Made by a program: the position numbers and the translations under genes | Shown here: in pieces, positions 36,931 through 48,377 of the stretch | Numbering within the stretch: position 1 is the stretch's first letter | How the letters are laid out: every line of letters starts with the position of its first letter | DNA from: Chlorokybus atmophyticus | Lineage: Eukaryota; Plantae; Mesostigma and Chlorokybus algae | DNA length: 64,000 bases | Direction of reading: 5' to 3' | NCBI GenBank assembly: GCA_009103225.1 | Contig: RHPI01001616.1 | Span: 250,640 to 314,639 of the forward strand | The notes under the pieces: model-generated | Seen by the model: the letters and a program-made list of their open reading frames with translations, nothing else | Database searches by the model: none | Told to the model about the DNA's origin: nothing

Positions 36931-39900
36931 CCTGGCTGGGGGGTGGGCTGATTGCGTTGCAGAAAAAAAGGCAGCTCACACAGCCCTCGAGACGGCTCAC
37001 ATGGAGGAGCAAGCAGCAGTGCTAGTGGAAAACATCCCCGTGATTGCTAACGCAACGTCATGGGACCACGCCATCGGCCCTCTTGCCACGGAGGAGCACA
37101 CGTAAGAAGCTGAAGGCTCTCCTCAACAAGTAGAGGAGCTAACTCAGCTTCAACGTAAAAGAGCTGGGTATATGTTCCGTGTACTAGATTGACATCGAGC
37201 TAGTGACACCGAGCCGGTGTTCCGACGGCATTACAGGCTCTTCAAGTTGGAGAAGGATCCGGTGGAACAGAGATGTAAGGCTCTGATAAATACAGGCCTC
37301 ATTAAGGAGTCCACATCGGACTTTGCAGCCGCAACAGTTATGCCATTGACGAAGAATTCAGCAGGCAACCCAACAGAACGGCGCATGTGCGGCGACTATC
37401 GCCCCCTCAACAACAAGAGGGCATCATTAACGATGTAGGAGACTGCACAGTCTTTGGTATCCTCGACATGCGCCAAGGATACAACCAAATCGCCATCAAG
37501 GACGAGGACAAGCACAAGACCTCCTTCTACGGCAACCGACAGTTGTACTAGTGGAAGGTGATGCCGTTTGGACTAAAGAATGCCCCCCCGCCAAGTTCCA
37601 GCTTGTCATGGACAAAGCCTTGAAGGGGCTGAACTTTGCGCGGTACTACATCGACGACATTCTCATCATTAGCCGTAGCAATGAAAAGCACTTACATTAC
37701 ATCGAGGAGGTGCTGAAGAGGCTCAAGGGAGTGGGGATGACTGTGCACCTGAGAAGTGCACCTTCTTCACTCACAAGGTACCCTACTTGAGGCTCATGAT
37801 TGTGCCCCCACGGTGTGTACGTACAATAGGCAAAGGTGGAGGCCCTAGCAGCTATCCCTGGTCCAACGGACCTCACGCGCCTGCGCGCAATCTTGGGCCT
37901 TGCCAACTATTATCGCGGCTCGTGAAGGACTTCGCGAAGATAGGGCCCCGTAACGAGCTACTGAAGAAGGATGTGGAGTTCATGTGGAAGGAGCGCAACA
38001 GCAGGCCTTCGAGGAGCTAAAAAGCAGGCTCACTATAGGACCCATTCTTTAACGCTCTGACTACACTAAGCCTTTCATCCTTCACACAGACTGGAGCAAG
38101 CTCGGGATGGGAGCCGTGTTGGTGCAGCACAATGAGAACAGGAAGGAGCGGGTGGTGTTATACGCCAGCCGGAGCAACAACAGTGCCGAGGCCATTTACA
38201 GCAGCTACGAGGGAGAGTGCCACGCTGCATTGTGGGCTATCTACTTCTTCTGGCCCTTCCTCTTCGGCCGACAACTTCAATTGATCACCGATCATCAGCC
38301 ACTTAAGTGGTTGATGACCACCTGACATTTGACAGAGAAAGTTGCCCGTTGAGCCCTGCTATTGCAAGAGCATGACTTTACGATTGACCACGGCGCTGGC
38401 CTCACCAACCAAGACACTGATGGACTTCGTCGTAACCCCCACTAGAGCATCAACGATGCAATTGGCGCTCGGCATGAGCATGGCCCTGCATCATTTGGTA
38501 CGACACTGGTTGCCATGTTTGCTGTCGCCGCTTTGCGCTTAGAGCTCAAGACCGACGCCGGTGCCTCAGCAACAACTGAAGAGATGCATGTTCATGAGCC
38601 AACCAACCCCGCAACTACTGCACCCGCAGGGACCACTCGCGGTGGCGACCTCGAGGTCGATGACACAGAGCTGGCACCCATCGACACCAGGCAGGACATG
38701 GCTAGACAAGCCATCCCTCTCCTTCCTTCAAAGTTGTCACCTTCCCTTTGGTTCGAGTGCGCGTGAGAAGGACCGCGTCAACGAATGCACCCAGCACTAC
38801 CGCTGGGCGGTTGACAAGCTGCATCGTCGCCTTCATGGTGAAGACAAGGAGGTGCCGTCCTCACGCGAAGGCATCATCACTGCCCTCCACGCTGAGCTTG
38901 GACACTTCGGTGTCAAGCACACAGTTAGCTTGATAAGGGCACAGTACTGGTGGCATGGGTTGTACAAGCAGGTGCAGGAGTTTGTAAGTCACTGTCAATA
39001 GTGTGACATAGTGCGCGCCAGCCTCAACACGTGCAGCGCCACATTACACCCTCTTCCCATCTCCGGTCTCTTCAATCAATGGGGACGCGACATCTTTGGA
39101 GACTTAGCACCCTCAACACGCAACAATCGCTACAAGTAGTAGTGATCGAGCATTTCTCCAAGTGGGTGGAGCTGGTGCCACTACTTGACAAAAGCAGTAC
39201 GGGGTGGCTCAAGCCTTCCTCTCTCATGTCCTCAGCCGGTTCGACGGCTGAGCAGAGGTCATCACCGACCAAGGCACTGAGTTCAGAGGGGAGTTCGACA
39301 CTCTCTTGGACAGGTGCAACATCAATCATCAATCACCGTACCTCGCGTGACCCCCCCAAGCCGACGGTCTCGTTGAGCGCACGGTGCAGACCATCAAGAA
39401 GGCACTCCGCAATTATAAGCTTAAATACGACAAGAACACCTAAGATGACCACCTCCCATGGGTGGCTCTTGGATATTGACTGTCAAAGCACGCAGCTCTG
39501 CGCGAGTATAGCCCGAACTGCTTACTGTTCGGGCGACCGTCGCTGCTTCCTTTTCGTGCACAAAATGAGGTGAATCGCGTGGTGAACAACCTCGACGACC
39601 CTGACTGTATGCATTATGACATTATCATGCGCGCAACACTGGTTAAGCGCACAGTTCTTGTGGCCTTTAAGAACTTGCGCATCGCGCAGCACCGCGACAC
39701 GCAACACTACGAGCGCGTGCGCAGCGGCTTCTACAAGGAGCGCCGACGCCGGTTTCAAGCGGGAGACTTCGTCTACCGTATAGAAGCCATCAAGGACACG
39801 CTTGACACCTCCATTGGCCGCACGGTCTACAAGGTGCTCAAGGTGTACCCCACAGGGGAACTGGACCTCCTTGGCCTTGGCGAGAGGTTGAAGAACAGCA

Positions 39901-39974
39901 TGGTGAACTGCGCGCTGTGTCACCTCCCTTACGTAGTAGGGTTCTGACGAATTAAGCACCCTCACCCTGCCCGC

Positions 39975-40122
39975 AGCACGCATCGCGAGCGCTGCGGCAG
40001 CGCCAATGACGACTCATTCATGATGCTCTGTGATGGCTGCAACAAGGGCCTGCATTGCTATTGTTTGGAGCCCCCAATAAATGCGGTACTCATGGAGGAG
40101 TACTGGTGTGATAACTGCCGCG
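39975..40122 (+). pseudogene. PHD finger downstream of the integrase of element A
   Basis: (R)ERCGSANDDSFMMLCDGCNKGLHCYCLEPPINAVLMEEYWCDNC fits C4HC3 with the first Cys mutated. Confidence 0.85.
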
Positions 40123-41181
40123 CTGACGGCCCTCCACACTCATGTTGAACACTGAGCTCTGGAGAGAAACCTCCTCAAAGCCTCAGGAGGGGTGGCTTGT
40201 TTACTGTGTGTCCTACAGCACAGCATGTGTACCAAGGAGGAGATTCTCTCCACGTGTCCGCACCACTCCACATCAGCGGACGTGCTCCAACAAGCATCTA
40301 CTGCTGCATGAGACAACGTGACCCACGACTCTCCTCGACCCAACAGTTGTCATGCCCATTGTCCTCGTGTGCCAACCTGCATTGGGCATGCTTCCATCAA
40401 GACCCTCGCCCAAACTATCAGCATACCGACCCGCAAGCGTCACTAACTAGTAGCTAGACCATGACCTTCGATTAGCTCATCACCGTAGCCTACATAAGCA
40501 CCGCGCGTAGCTGTTCAATTGTGAATTTTGTTTTATGTTATGTTCTATATCAAGTGGGAGTTCCTTGTGGGAACAACCCCGATATGATCGTTAGATTGTA
40601 TTCTGAACAGTCATGACTTGTATAAGCAGTCGCGGTGTTTACCGCATCAGCTGGTGACACTGTGAGAAAGCTAAGAGCTTGTGAAGCGACTTGTATTACG
40701 CCGTCCCGGTTACCAAGAATACCCTCACCGTGTGAGAGTGTACATGCTCGTGTGCACTGTGCTTGTCATTGCTGTGAGCTTGGTGCGCTTGGTTGCGATG
40801 TGCTTGTTGGCATCAGTCAAGGCATAGCATCCACGTTGCTTGCTCATTCACCTCACTTGATAGTGTAACACGTTTTCCACTCATGCAAAGAACTGTGTAA
40901 ACAGCACTACCTATGGTAGTATCTTATTGACTGTGTGTCTCACAGCATGTATACTGAGGAGGAGGTTCACTCCACATCAGCGGACGTGCTCCAGGAAGGA
41001 TCTACTGCTGCACGAGATAACGCAACCCTCGACTGTCCGCACCACTCCACATCAGCGGACGTTCTCCAAGAAGCACCTACTGCTGCATGAGACAACGTGA
41101 CCCTCGACTCTGCTCGACCCGACAAACATAACCGTTACCGTCAGTGGCAAGTTGCACACACAGAGAGAGAGAGAGAGAGAG

Positions 41182-41527
41182 TGTAAAGAGACTAGAGGGG
41201 GTGTGCCCCCTCCTCCCTTTAATCCCCTACCCCAACACCACCACCAGCCACGACGCCACCGCCGCCGCCGCCAGGGGAATCCGCCGGAGCAGAAGATCCC
41301 CTGGCTATGGCGGCCGCTGCGTTAGCAGCGCCGCCATACGGCTGATATCGACATGAGACTCATGTCTCATGTCGATATCAGTGTTACAATTAAGTAACAC
41401 TACATTAGGGCCTTAACACTAGGTTAACGGCCCTAATATAGCTTAATAGACTGTATAATCCCGTTGGGACCCTTATTTAATCCTAAATAAGGGCGGGGAA
41501 CCTCTATGGAGGTAGCACACCGTTACA
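41182..41527 (-). repeat. 3' LTR of chromovirus 2
   Basis: 346 bp TG..CA, homologous to the copy 1 LTRs and including the same hairpins. Confidence 0.93.
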
Positions 41528-41649
41528 TTCCCCCCCACTTAGGTTTCAATGTCCTCATTGAAGGGTTAGCAAAGCCCCACCACGAGTAAAGAAACGAAAG
41601 CAGTGAGAGAACCAGGGCCGAAACGGTAAAGATGTCTGCCAGCACCCTT

Positions 41650-44600
41650 TTACCGTTCGCGTGTGGACACCGTACTCCAGTACCCCCGAAGAATCTTTTG
41701 GCAGTTGGTAAGATTCCTTTCGGGCTCCCATGTATTGTGTTCAACACCATACCCTTTCCATTTCACCAAGTAAGACGGCGCGCGTCCGCGCCGAGGCTTA
41801 CGATGACTTAGGACTGCTTCCACCTCATACTCGAAAGTATCGTCGCCATCCACTGCAACGGGGGGTGGAGGAGGTTGAACCCGACCGTCAGAACGATACG
41901 GTTTCATTACACTCACGTGAAACACATTGTGAATGCGTATTGACTTTGGCAATTCCAAACGATACGCGTGAGTGCCGACCCGATCAATTACCTTGAAAGG
42001 GCCTATCCAGCGAGGGAAAAACTTGCGGGTACCCACTCCCTTAATGGATATGTTTTTGGTACTTAAAAGCACCGAACAGCCCACATCGTAGCTGGCCTCT
42101 CTACGATGCGCATCAGCATGGGCTTTTTGTCTGTCTTGCGCTGCGCGCAGACAGTCCTTTGCCAGCGCTAGCCTATCCTGCATGGCCGAAGCCATCTCGC
42201 GTGCTGCAGGTACGCGAGTTATGTCGGTAGCGGGCAACTTGATGTTCGCAGGACTTAGTGGATGCACTCCGTAGTTCAAGAAAAACGGAGTTTCCTGCAC
42301 ACTCTCTTGCCAAGCATTGTTAATCGCAAACTCAGCCATTGGGAGATAGATATCCCAGTCAGACTGGTTTGGACTCACATAATGCCGAATGGTTTCCTCA
42401 ATCACTTGATTGGCGCGCTCTGTCTGACCATCCGTTTGTGGATGATAAGCTGTGCTCATGTTCTGCTGAATATGTAAGAAGCTGCATAGCGACTTCCAGA
42501 ACTGAGACACAAATCGCGGATCGCGATCAGACACAAAGTTGCGAGGCAAACCATGCAACTTAAACACAGAGGCGACAAAAACCATCGCTAACTCACGGGA
42601 GCCTATTTCCGTGCGGCAAGGGACGATGTGAACCATTTTTGTTAAACGGTCCACAAAAACTGCAACCGCTGTGTGCCCTAATGCTGTCTCAGGGAGCTCA
42701 ACAATCAGGTCCATACTCACACTTTCCCACTTGCCATCAGGAACAGGCAAAGGTCGCAGCAACCCAGCGGGTTTCTGACGTAACGGTTTGTCACGCTGAC
42801 ATTTGTCACACGTGTCAACATATTGCTTTACGTCAACAGGCAACGATGGCCACCAGTACAACTGTTGCGCTGCCTTAGTAGTCTTGCGACCCCCAAAGTG
42901 CCCAGCGTACGGTGGATCGTGTACTTCAGCTATGCATTTCATGCGCAACCCAGCATGGTTAGGTATCACCAAGCAGGCGCCCATATAATACAAGTTGTCT
43001 CGTTTGTTAAGCTGTTGCACATTCCCTTGCATCGAGAACCATGGGTCCAAAATATACCCCTGTAAAACAGCTTGTACAAACTCATCATTAGGAGGCAATG
43101 TACCTTGCGTCGCAAGCAAGTGCGCACGCATAACTGCCAACAATGACGGACAGCGACTCAAAGGATCTGCCACATTGGTTTTGCCCGGCCGGTATACCCA
43201 TTCAAAAGTAAACCGCGACAGAAACTCATTCCAGCGAGCTTGCCTACGCGACAAGTTTAGCTGTGTTGAGAAGTACACCAATGGGTTGTGATCAGTCACT
43301 ACTGTGAACTGAACTCCTTCCAAGTAGCATCGCCAAGTTTCAAGAGCATGCACTATACCCAGCAACTCTTGCTCAGTAGTAGTGTAATTCACCTCTGCTG
43401 GGATGAATTTTCTACTCTCATAAGCACATGGCCTGCTATCCTGTAGCAATACTGCACCACACCCTAGGGTGGAGGCATCGCTCACCACAGTGAAGCGCTT
43501 ATCCCAATTTGGCAGTGCCAACACTGGTGCTGAGGTTAAAGCCAGCTTCACTTGTTGCATAGCAGCTTCCTGTGCTGCTGTCCAAGAGAATGGGGCATCT
43601 TTTCGCAATAGTTTTGTTAAGGGCATCACAGCCGTAGAGTACCCCATCATAAACTTGCGAAAATAGTTTGCCAACCCCAAGAATGATCGCAACTGATGGA
43701 TATTCTTTGGTTGAGGCCAATCCTTTACCACTTGCACTTTGCGAGGGTCAGGTTTGACACCCGCACCACTCACAATATGCCCCAAGAATGGCAACTCTGT
43801 CTTGCCAAAGTCACACTTTGGCAAGTTGGCAAACAAGCGATGTGTTCGCAGTAAAGCAAACACCGCTTCCAGATGCTTTCTGTGCTCCTCTTTTGTTTTA
43901 CTGAAGACAATGATGTCATCCAAGTAAACCATAACATGCTTGCCAAGCATGTTATCAAAGATCTTATTCATTTCCTTCTGAAACACCGCAGGTGCATTTG
44001 TCAATCCAAAAGGTAACACTTTGTATTGATAATGACCTGAAGGTGTTCTGAATGCTGTCTTGTAAACATCAGAAGGGTGAATACGGATTTGATGGTAACC
44101 GCTTGTCAAGTCTAGCGTACTGAAGTACGCATTACCCGACAGTTTATCAAACACATCATCAATCCGTGGTAACGGGTATCGATTCTTTACCGTAATCTTG
44201 TTTAGAGCACGATAATCTACACACATGCGCAATTTCCCATTCTTTTTCATCACAAACAAGATGGGTGCGCCAAAGGGTGAAGAACTCGGTTCAATCAATC
44301 CCTTTTCCAATAACTCTTTGATTTGAGTTTCCATTTCCCCCCTCTCATTGGGGCTCAGCCTATATATTGGCCGAAATGGAGGCTCACTATCAGGAATCAG
44401 TGGTATGGTGTGTCCGACACCTCGATCAGGGGGTAAGCCTGGCAACTCATCTGAGAATATGTCCTGATACTTTTCAATGATGTCTGCAACACCTGCCGTA
44501 CTGCCTGGCACAAAGTCATCAGATGACGTTAAGTGCACAAGGAAAGCCGGTGTGTTTTTACGCAACGCACGCTTCACCTGAAGTGCACTGAGAAGCGCAG

Positions 44601-45417
44601 GGTCTGTTTGCTTGTGTTCCAAGCTATGCGACCCTTTTACAGACAACGTTACACGCTTACGACCCTTTTTCACTGTGCACAACCGTGCACCAGTATCCAA
44701 TGTCATTTTAACATTGTCCTGCCATTCCTGTCCTAGTACCACATCAACACCCATTATGTTGATGGACACCACTATGAAGGTGAGATTGGCATGATAATTA
44801 CCAATCTTTACCTTCATTTTGATTTCTCCTTTCACTGGTAACGTACCCCCAGCACCGGCAGCTGAAAATGCTGAGGGTTTACACGCTACTTTATTGCGCA
44901 CAACCCATTGTTCCTCAATAAAATTGTGCGTTGCACCAGTGTCAATCAAGAACGAACTGGTTATTCCCTGCATTGTGCCACTAAATGTCCACAACAGAGG
45001 CACAACCCGTCCTTGAAATGTAGCCAAGAGTCCGTGACTAATGCGAGGGTTGAGTAAAATTGCTGACAATCGCACTGTCCCTGTTTCACGCTTGCTAAAT
45101 TGCTTTAACACAGTTCCCCCTCGAGTATGTTTCAACCATGGGCCATGATACTTAGGCACCATTACTACCACACTCAAAGTTCTGTGTTTACTTTGCAACT
45201 CAGTCAAAGTGTGCAACACATTGGTAAGCATGTTAAATTCCACATGTACCAACACACAAGCATTCTCTTCCACTTTTGCAACGTCAAAAAGTGGCAACTT
45301 GCTATGTGTTTGCCATGCGTGTGTCATTACATGCACTTGGGACAGCTCATCAAACCAGTTTGCTAATAACACAAGCAACTGGCCATCAACCACTTTTACA
45401 TCAGTCACGACGTAATC
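41650..45417 (-). CDS. pol: Uninterrupted Pol (N-terminal extra domain, PR, RT, RNase H, integrase, chromodomain)
   Basis: Open frame of ~1255 codons with LIDTGA, YLDD, SDAS, TDH, HHCC, D-D-E and a chromodomain. In frame with gag behind a single TAG. Confidence 0.95.
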   Translation of the reverse strand, partial: DYVVTDVKVVDGQLLVLLANWFDELSQVHVMTHAWQTHSKLPLFDVAKVEENACVLVHVEFNMLTNVLHTLTELQSKHRTLSVVVMVPKYHGPWLKHTRGGTVLKQFSKRETGTVRLSAILLNPRISHGLLATFQGRVVPLLWTFSGTMQGITSSFLIDTGATHNFIEEQWVVRNKVACKPSAFSAAGAGGTLPVKGEIKMKVKIGNYHANLTFIVVSINIMGVDVVLGQEWQDNVKMTLDTGARLCTVKKGRKRVTLSVKGSHSLEHKQTDPALLSALQVKRALRKNTPAFLVHLTSSDDFVPGSTAGVADIIEKYQDIFSDELPGLPPDRGVGHTIPLIPDSEPPFRPIYRLSPNERGEMETQIKELLEKGLIEPSSSPFGAPILFVMKKNGKLRMCVDYRALNKITVKNRYPLPRIDDVFDKLSGNAYFSTLDLTSGYHQIRIHPSDVYKTAFRTPSGHYQYKVLPFGLTNAPAVFQKEMNKIFDNMLGKHVMVYLDDIIVFSKTKEEHRKHLEAVFALLRTHRLFANLPKCDFGKTELPFLGHIVSGAGVKPDPRKVQVVKDWPQPKNIHQLRSFLGLANYFRKFMMGYSTAVMPLTKLLRKDAPFSWTAAQEAAMQQVKLALTSAPVLALPNWDKRFTVVSDASTLGCGAVLLQDSRPCAYESRKFIPAEVNYTTTEQELLGIVHALETWRCYLEGVQFTVVTDHNPLVYFSTQLNLSRRQARWNEFLSRFTFEWVYRPGKTNVADPLSRCPSLLAVMRAHLLATQGTLPPNDEFVQAVLQGYILDPWFSMQGNVQQLNKRDNLYYMGACLVIPNHAGLRMKCIAEVHDPPYAGHFGGRKTTKAAQQLYWWPSLPVDVKQYVDTCDKCQRDKPLRQKPAGLLRPLPVPDGKWESVSMDLIVELPETALGHTAVAVFVDRLTKMVHIVPCRTEIGSRELAMVFVASVFKLHGLPRNFVSDRDPRFVSQFWKSLCSFLHIQQNMSTAYHPQTDGQTERANQVIEETIRHYVSPNQSDWDIYLPMAEFAINNAWQESVQETPFFLNYGVHPLSPANIKLPATDITRVPAAREMASAMQDRLALAKDCLRAAQDRQKAHADAHRREASYDVGCSVLLSTKNISIKGVGTRKFFPRWIGPFKVIDRVGTHAYRLELPKSIRIHNVFHVSVMKPYRSDGRVQPPPPPVAVDGDDTFEYEVEAVLSHRKPRRGRAPSYLVKWKGYGVEHNTWEPERNLTNCQKILRGYWSTVSTRER

Positions 45418-46892
45418 CTATTCAACCTTCTTGGCCTTGCCCTTCCCCTTGGTTGGGCAGTTCTTTGCAATGTGGCCAGGCTGATGACAGACGTAACAGG
45501 TGCGAGCCGCAGCAGGCGTAGCACCACCAGCAGGTGTGGCACTAGTAGAAGGACCATATGTCTTCGCCTTCTTTGCCAAGTGTGCACTCGGATGAGGGAA
45601 ACGCTTCCCTCCCACCCCTGGCGGTTTGGCCGAAACTGCCACATGTGACTTGTCCTGCACCGCCGTGTCATCGTTGTATAGGTACACGCTCAGCTTCTGC
45701 AACTTGGCCAAGTCCTCGGGAACCCAAGGCAGTCCCGTTGCCGTGTTGTACTGCAGTTGATCACGCACACGCGCATCCAAGCCGCGCTTGTACAACTCAA
45801 ACTGCTCGGCCTTGTCAATAGGCATGAGGCCGCTGTTGGCACGACCCACCAATGCCTGGAATTCTTGCAGATAGGCTGAAGCCGCCCGACCATTCTGTCG
45901 CAACTTGCTGAGCTTGTTACGAGCCTGAGTAGCCGGGTCCATGCCACCATAGCGTTCCGTCAGGAACTGAAACAGTGCCTCCACTGTTTTGGTAGCACCG
46001 TCCTGTGTCTGCCTCGCCCACTCGGCGAGAGCGTCAGAAGGCATGAGCAACTCAGCAACAGCAATGTGTTCACCAACGGGGCGTCTCAATGCTGTTAAAT
46101 AGTGCTCAACAGTTACCACCCAGTCGTGGATACTGACGCTGCCGTTGGGCTTGAACTTCTCAGGCTTATTCAGCGCTGTGACCGGCAGACCCGCTGATCT
46201 CCAGCTGCTGAAGTAGCACCCGCCACCTGTTGGCGCAGCGCCACCAACTCAGCCTGCATAGCATCGAGGCGTGCCGTCAGCTGCACTCGGCCAGTCAACT
46301 TGTCTTCCAAGTTAGGTCCCAAGTACCAGAACACGTCCTTGCAACGCTGTGAGGTTTCCACTCCCAAGTTGGCCAAAGCCTCAAACGCCATTCGCTTGCC
46401 TTGGTAAGGGGGAGGCTTATCGTAAACAGCCATCAGAGCAGCCACCTTCGGATCACCGCGCACGAGTGGCGGAACATTGTTCGTCAGCTCGTGCTCGAGC
46501 ATGCGGATCACCATCTCCTTGCTTGCGCGAGGAAGTGTGACAAAGTCCGTCTCATAGCCATCACGAACCTTCTGAGCCCATGCATCCCATGTTTCCTTGC
46601 CAAGCTGTGGGTTGGCATCAAGCAGAGCCTTGCGCTCCTGGGCATACTTCTCAATTGCCCCGCCAATGACACTCTGAGAGTCAACTGCAGGTGGTGCCAT
46701 TTCAGCGTTTACTGCAACTGGTACACTCTGAGCAGACTGGTCGGGAGAAGCATCGCTCTCTTGCTTGTCTCCCTCCTTCTCACTGACGGTCAGCTGATAG
46801 CTCTCACTCGTGTCAGAGTAATTCACTTCCTCTTCACTTGATGGCTCATATGATGTGGACTTCTCCACATCGTCCCCTCCTTGGTCAGACAT
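45418..46892 (-). CDS. gag: Gag of chromovirus 2 (1-bp deletion at ~46199)
   Basis: Collinear with copy 1 gag and has the CCHC knuckle. GCTGGAG-ATCAGC lacks one C relative to copy 1 (mutation or sequencing error). Confidence 0.88.
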
Positions 46893-47047
46893 CTGCCCAA
46901 GAATATAAGCCGTCAATAGTTGAAGTTTGCAAGTGCACAAACACACGAGTTGTGCACTGCAAAAGTGTCAAAATCACTTGATTTTGTCTCGTCAAGTTTC
47001 AAGTGTGTTACGTGGAGTATACAGCTCAAACAAGAGCTCCCCACACA

Positions 47048-47802
47048 NNNNNNNNNNNNNNNNNNNNNNNNNNNNNNNNNNNNNNNNNNNNNNNNNNNNN
47101 NNNNNNNNNNNNNNNNNNNNNNNNNNNNNNNNNNNNNNNNNNNNNNNNNNNNNNNNNNNNNNNNNNNNNNNNNNNNNNNNNNNNNNNNNNNNNNNNNNNN
47201 NNNNNNNNNNNNNNNNNNNNNNNNNNNNNNNNNNNNNNNNNNNNNNNNNNNNNNNNNNNNNNNNNNNNNNNNNNNNNNNNNNNNNNNNNNNNNNNNNNNN
47301 NNNNNNNNNNNNNNNNNNNNNNNNNNNNNNNNNNNNNNNNNNNNNNNNNNNNNNNNNNNNNNNNNNNNNNNNNNNNNNNNNNNNNNNNNNNNNNNNNNNN
47401 NNNNNNNNNNNNNNNNNNNNNNNNNNNNNNNNNNNNNNNNNNNNNNNNNNNNNNNNNNNNNNNNNNNNNNNNNNNNNNNNNNNNNNNNNNNNNNNNNNNN
47501 NNNNNNNNNNNNNNNNNNNNNNNNNNNNNNNNNNNNNNNNNNNNNNNNNNNNNNNNNNNNNNNNNNNNNNNNNNNNNNNNNNNNNNNNNNNNNNNNNNNN
47601 NNNNNNNNNNNNNNNNNNNNNNNNNNNNNNNNNNNNNNNNNNNNNNNNNNNNNNNNNNNNNNNNNNNNNNNNNNNNNNNNNNNNNNNNNNNNNNNNNNNN
47701 NNNNNNNNNNNNNNNNNNNNNNNNNNNNNNNNNNNNNNNNNNNNNNNNNNNNNNNNNNNNNNNNNNNNNNNNNNNNNNNNNNNNNNNNNNNNNNNNNNNN
47801 NN
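47048..47802. other. Assembly gap (other Ns at 14130, 26288-26322, 36528, 60630, 62062-62268)
   Basis: Runs of N. Confidence 1.
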
Positions 47803-47854
<52 letters not shown>

Positions 47855-48311
47855 GACTTTGTTTTACGAACACAAAGTTTATAAAGTTAATGCCCCTATT
47901 CAATGTTTTTAATGCAAAAGCGCTACATGCAAAAGCGCTACATACTATTATGTCCGCATGCCGTATGTGTAACTTCATTGCTTGATTGTTGCAACGCTGT
48001 TAACATCATCAAGGATTAAAGTGAGCCGCAATGTTCGTAAGGTTCTAAGGCCACGTAATGATTGCTTATCGTTACTTATGGCACAAGCCACGTAACTATG
48101 AGCTTTAATGAAGCAAAGGTGTTGAGATTAAGGGTAACATTGTAGGTGACAAAAACAATCGCGCCCCCGATGATGTCGAGCGGGATGGTATAAAACTGGT
48201 TTGTGTACACACCTGACGAAAAAGCTTGCAATAGCAATAATTGCAATGATGGCGCCGAGTCTAGGGTTTGAACTACGCATGCGTTCGCAGCATGTTGCCC
48301 CCCTCATCGAT

Positions 48312-48312
<1 letters not shown>

Positions 48313-48371
<59 letters not shown>

Positions 48372-48377
48372 GCGCGC
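48313..48377. repeat. Compound microsatellite (CA)n(CG)n
   Basis: About 22 CA units followed by about 11 CG units. Confidence 0.95.

Larger units (their letters stand above)
29055..41124 (+). mobile_element. Decayed Ty3/gypsy element A carrying a C5 DNA methyltransferase and a PHD finger
   Basis: Terminal repeat 29055-30330 (with insertion) matches 40348-40940. Fragments of gag (~31850-33050), DNMT (~35600-36930), RT (YIDD 37647), RNase H (HTDWS..TDH), integrase (H..GHFG, TDQGTEF) and PHD. Many stops and frameshifts; the boundaries are less certain. Confidence 0.85.
41182..47802 (-). mobile_element. Ty3/gypsy chromovirus, copy 2 (near-intact; 5' LTR presumably in the N gap)
   Basis: Same family as copy 1. 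3' LTR 41182-41527, PPT adjacent, 1252-aa pol ORF. (GA)n lies on both sides (41162-41181 and 47803-47851). The left end of the element falls in the gap 47048-47802. Confidence 0.95.

Noticed and set aside
40230-41124. ~69-bp repeated units as a CRISPR-like array
   Set aside because: No unique spacers of uniform length and no cas genes; the units are part of retroelement termini.
46920-47978. ORFs of ~300 aa in the ORF track
   Set aside because: They consist of N-gap X residues and (GA)n translation; the same applies to 61908-62472.
48313-48377. (CA)n(CG)n as a functional Z-DNA element
   Set aside because: It is Z-prone in principle, but microsatellites are abundant here and nothing links it to a promoter.
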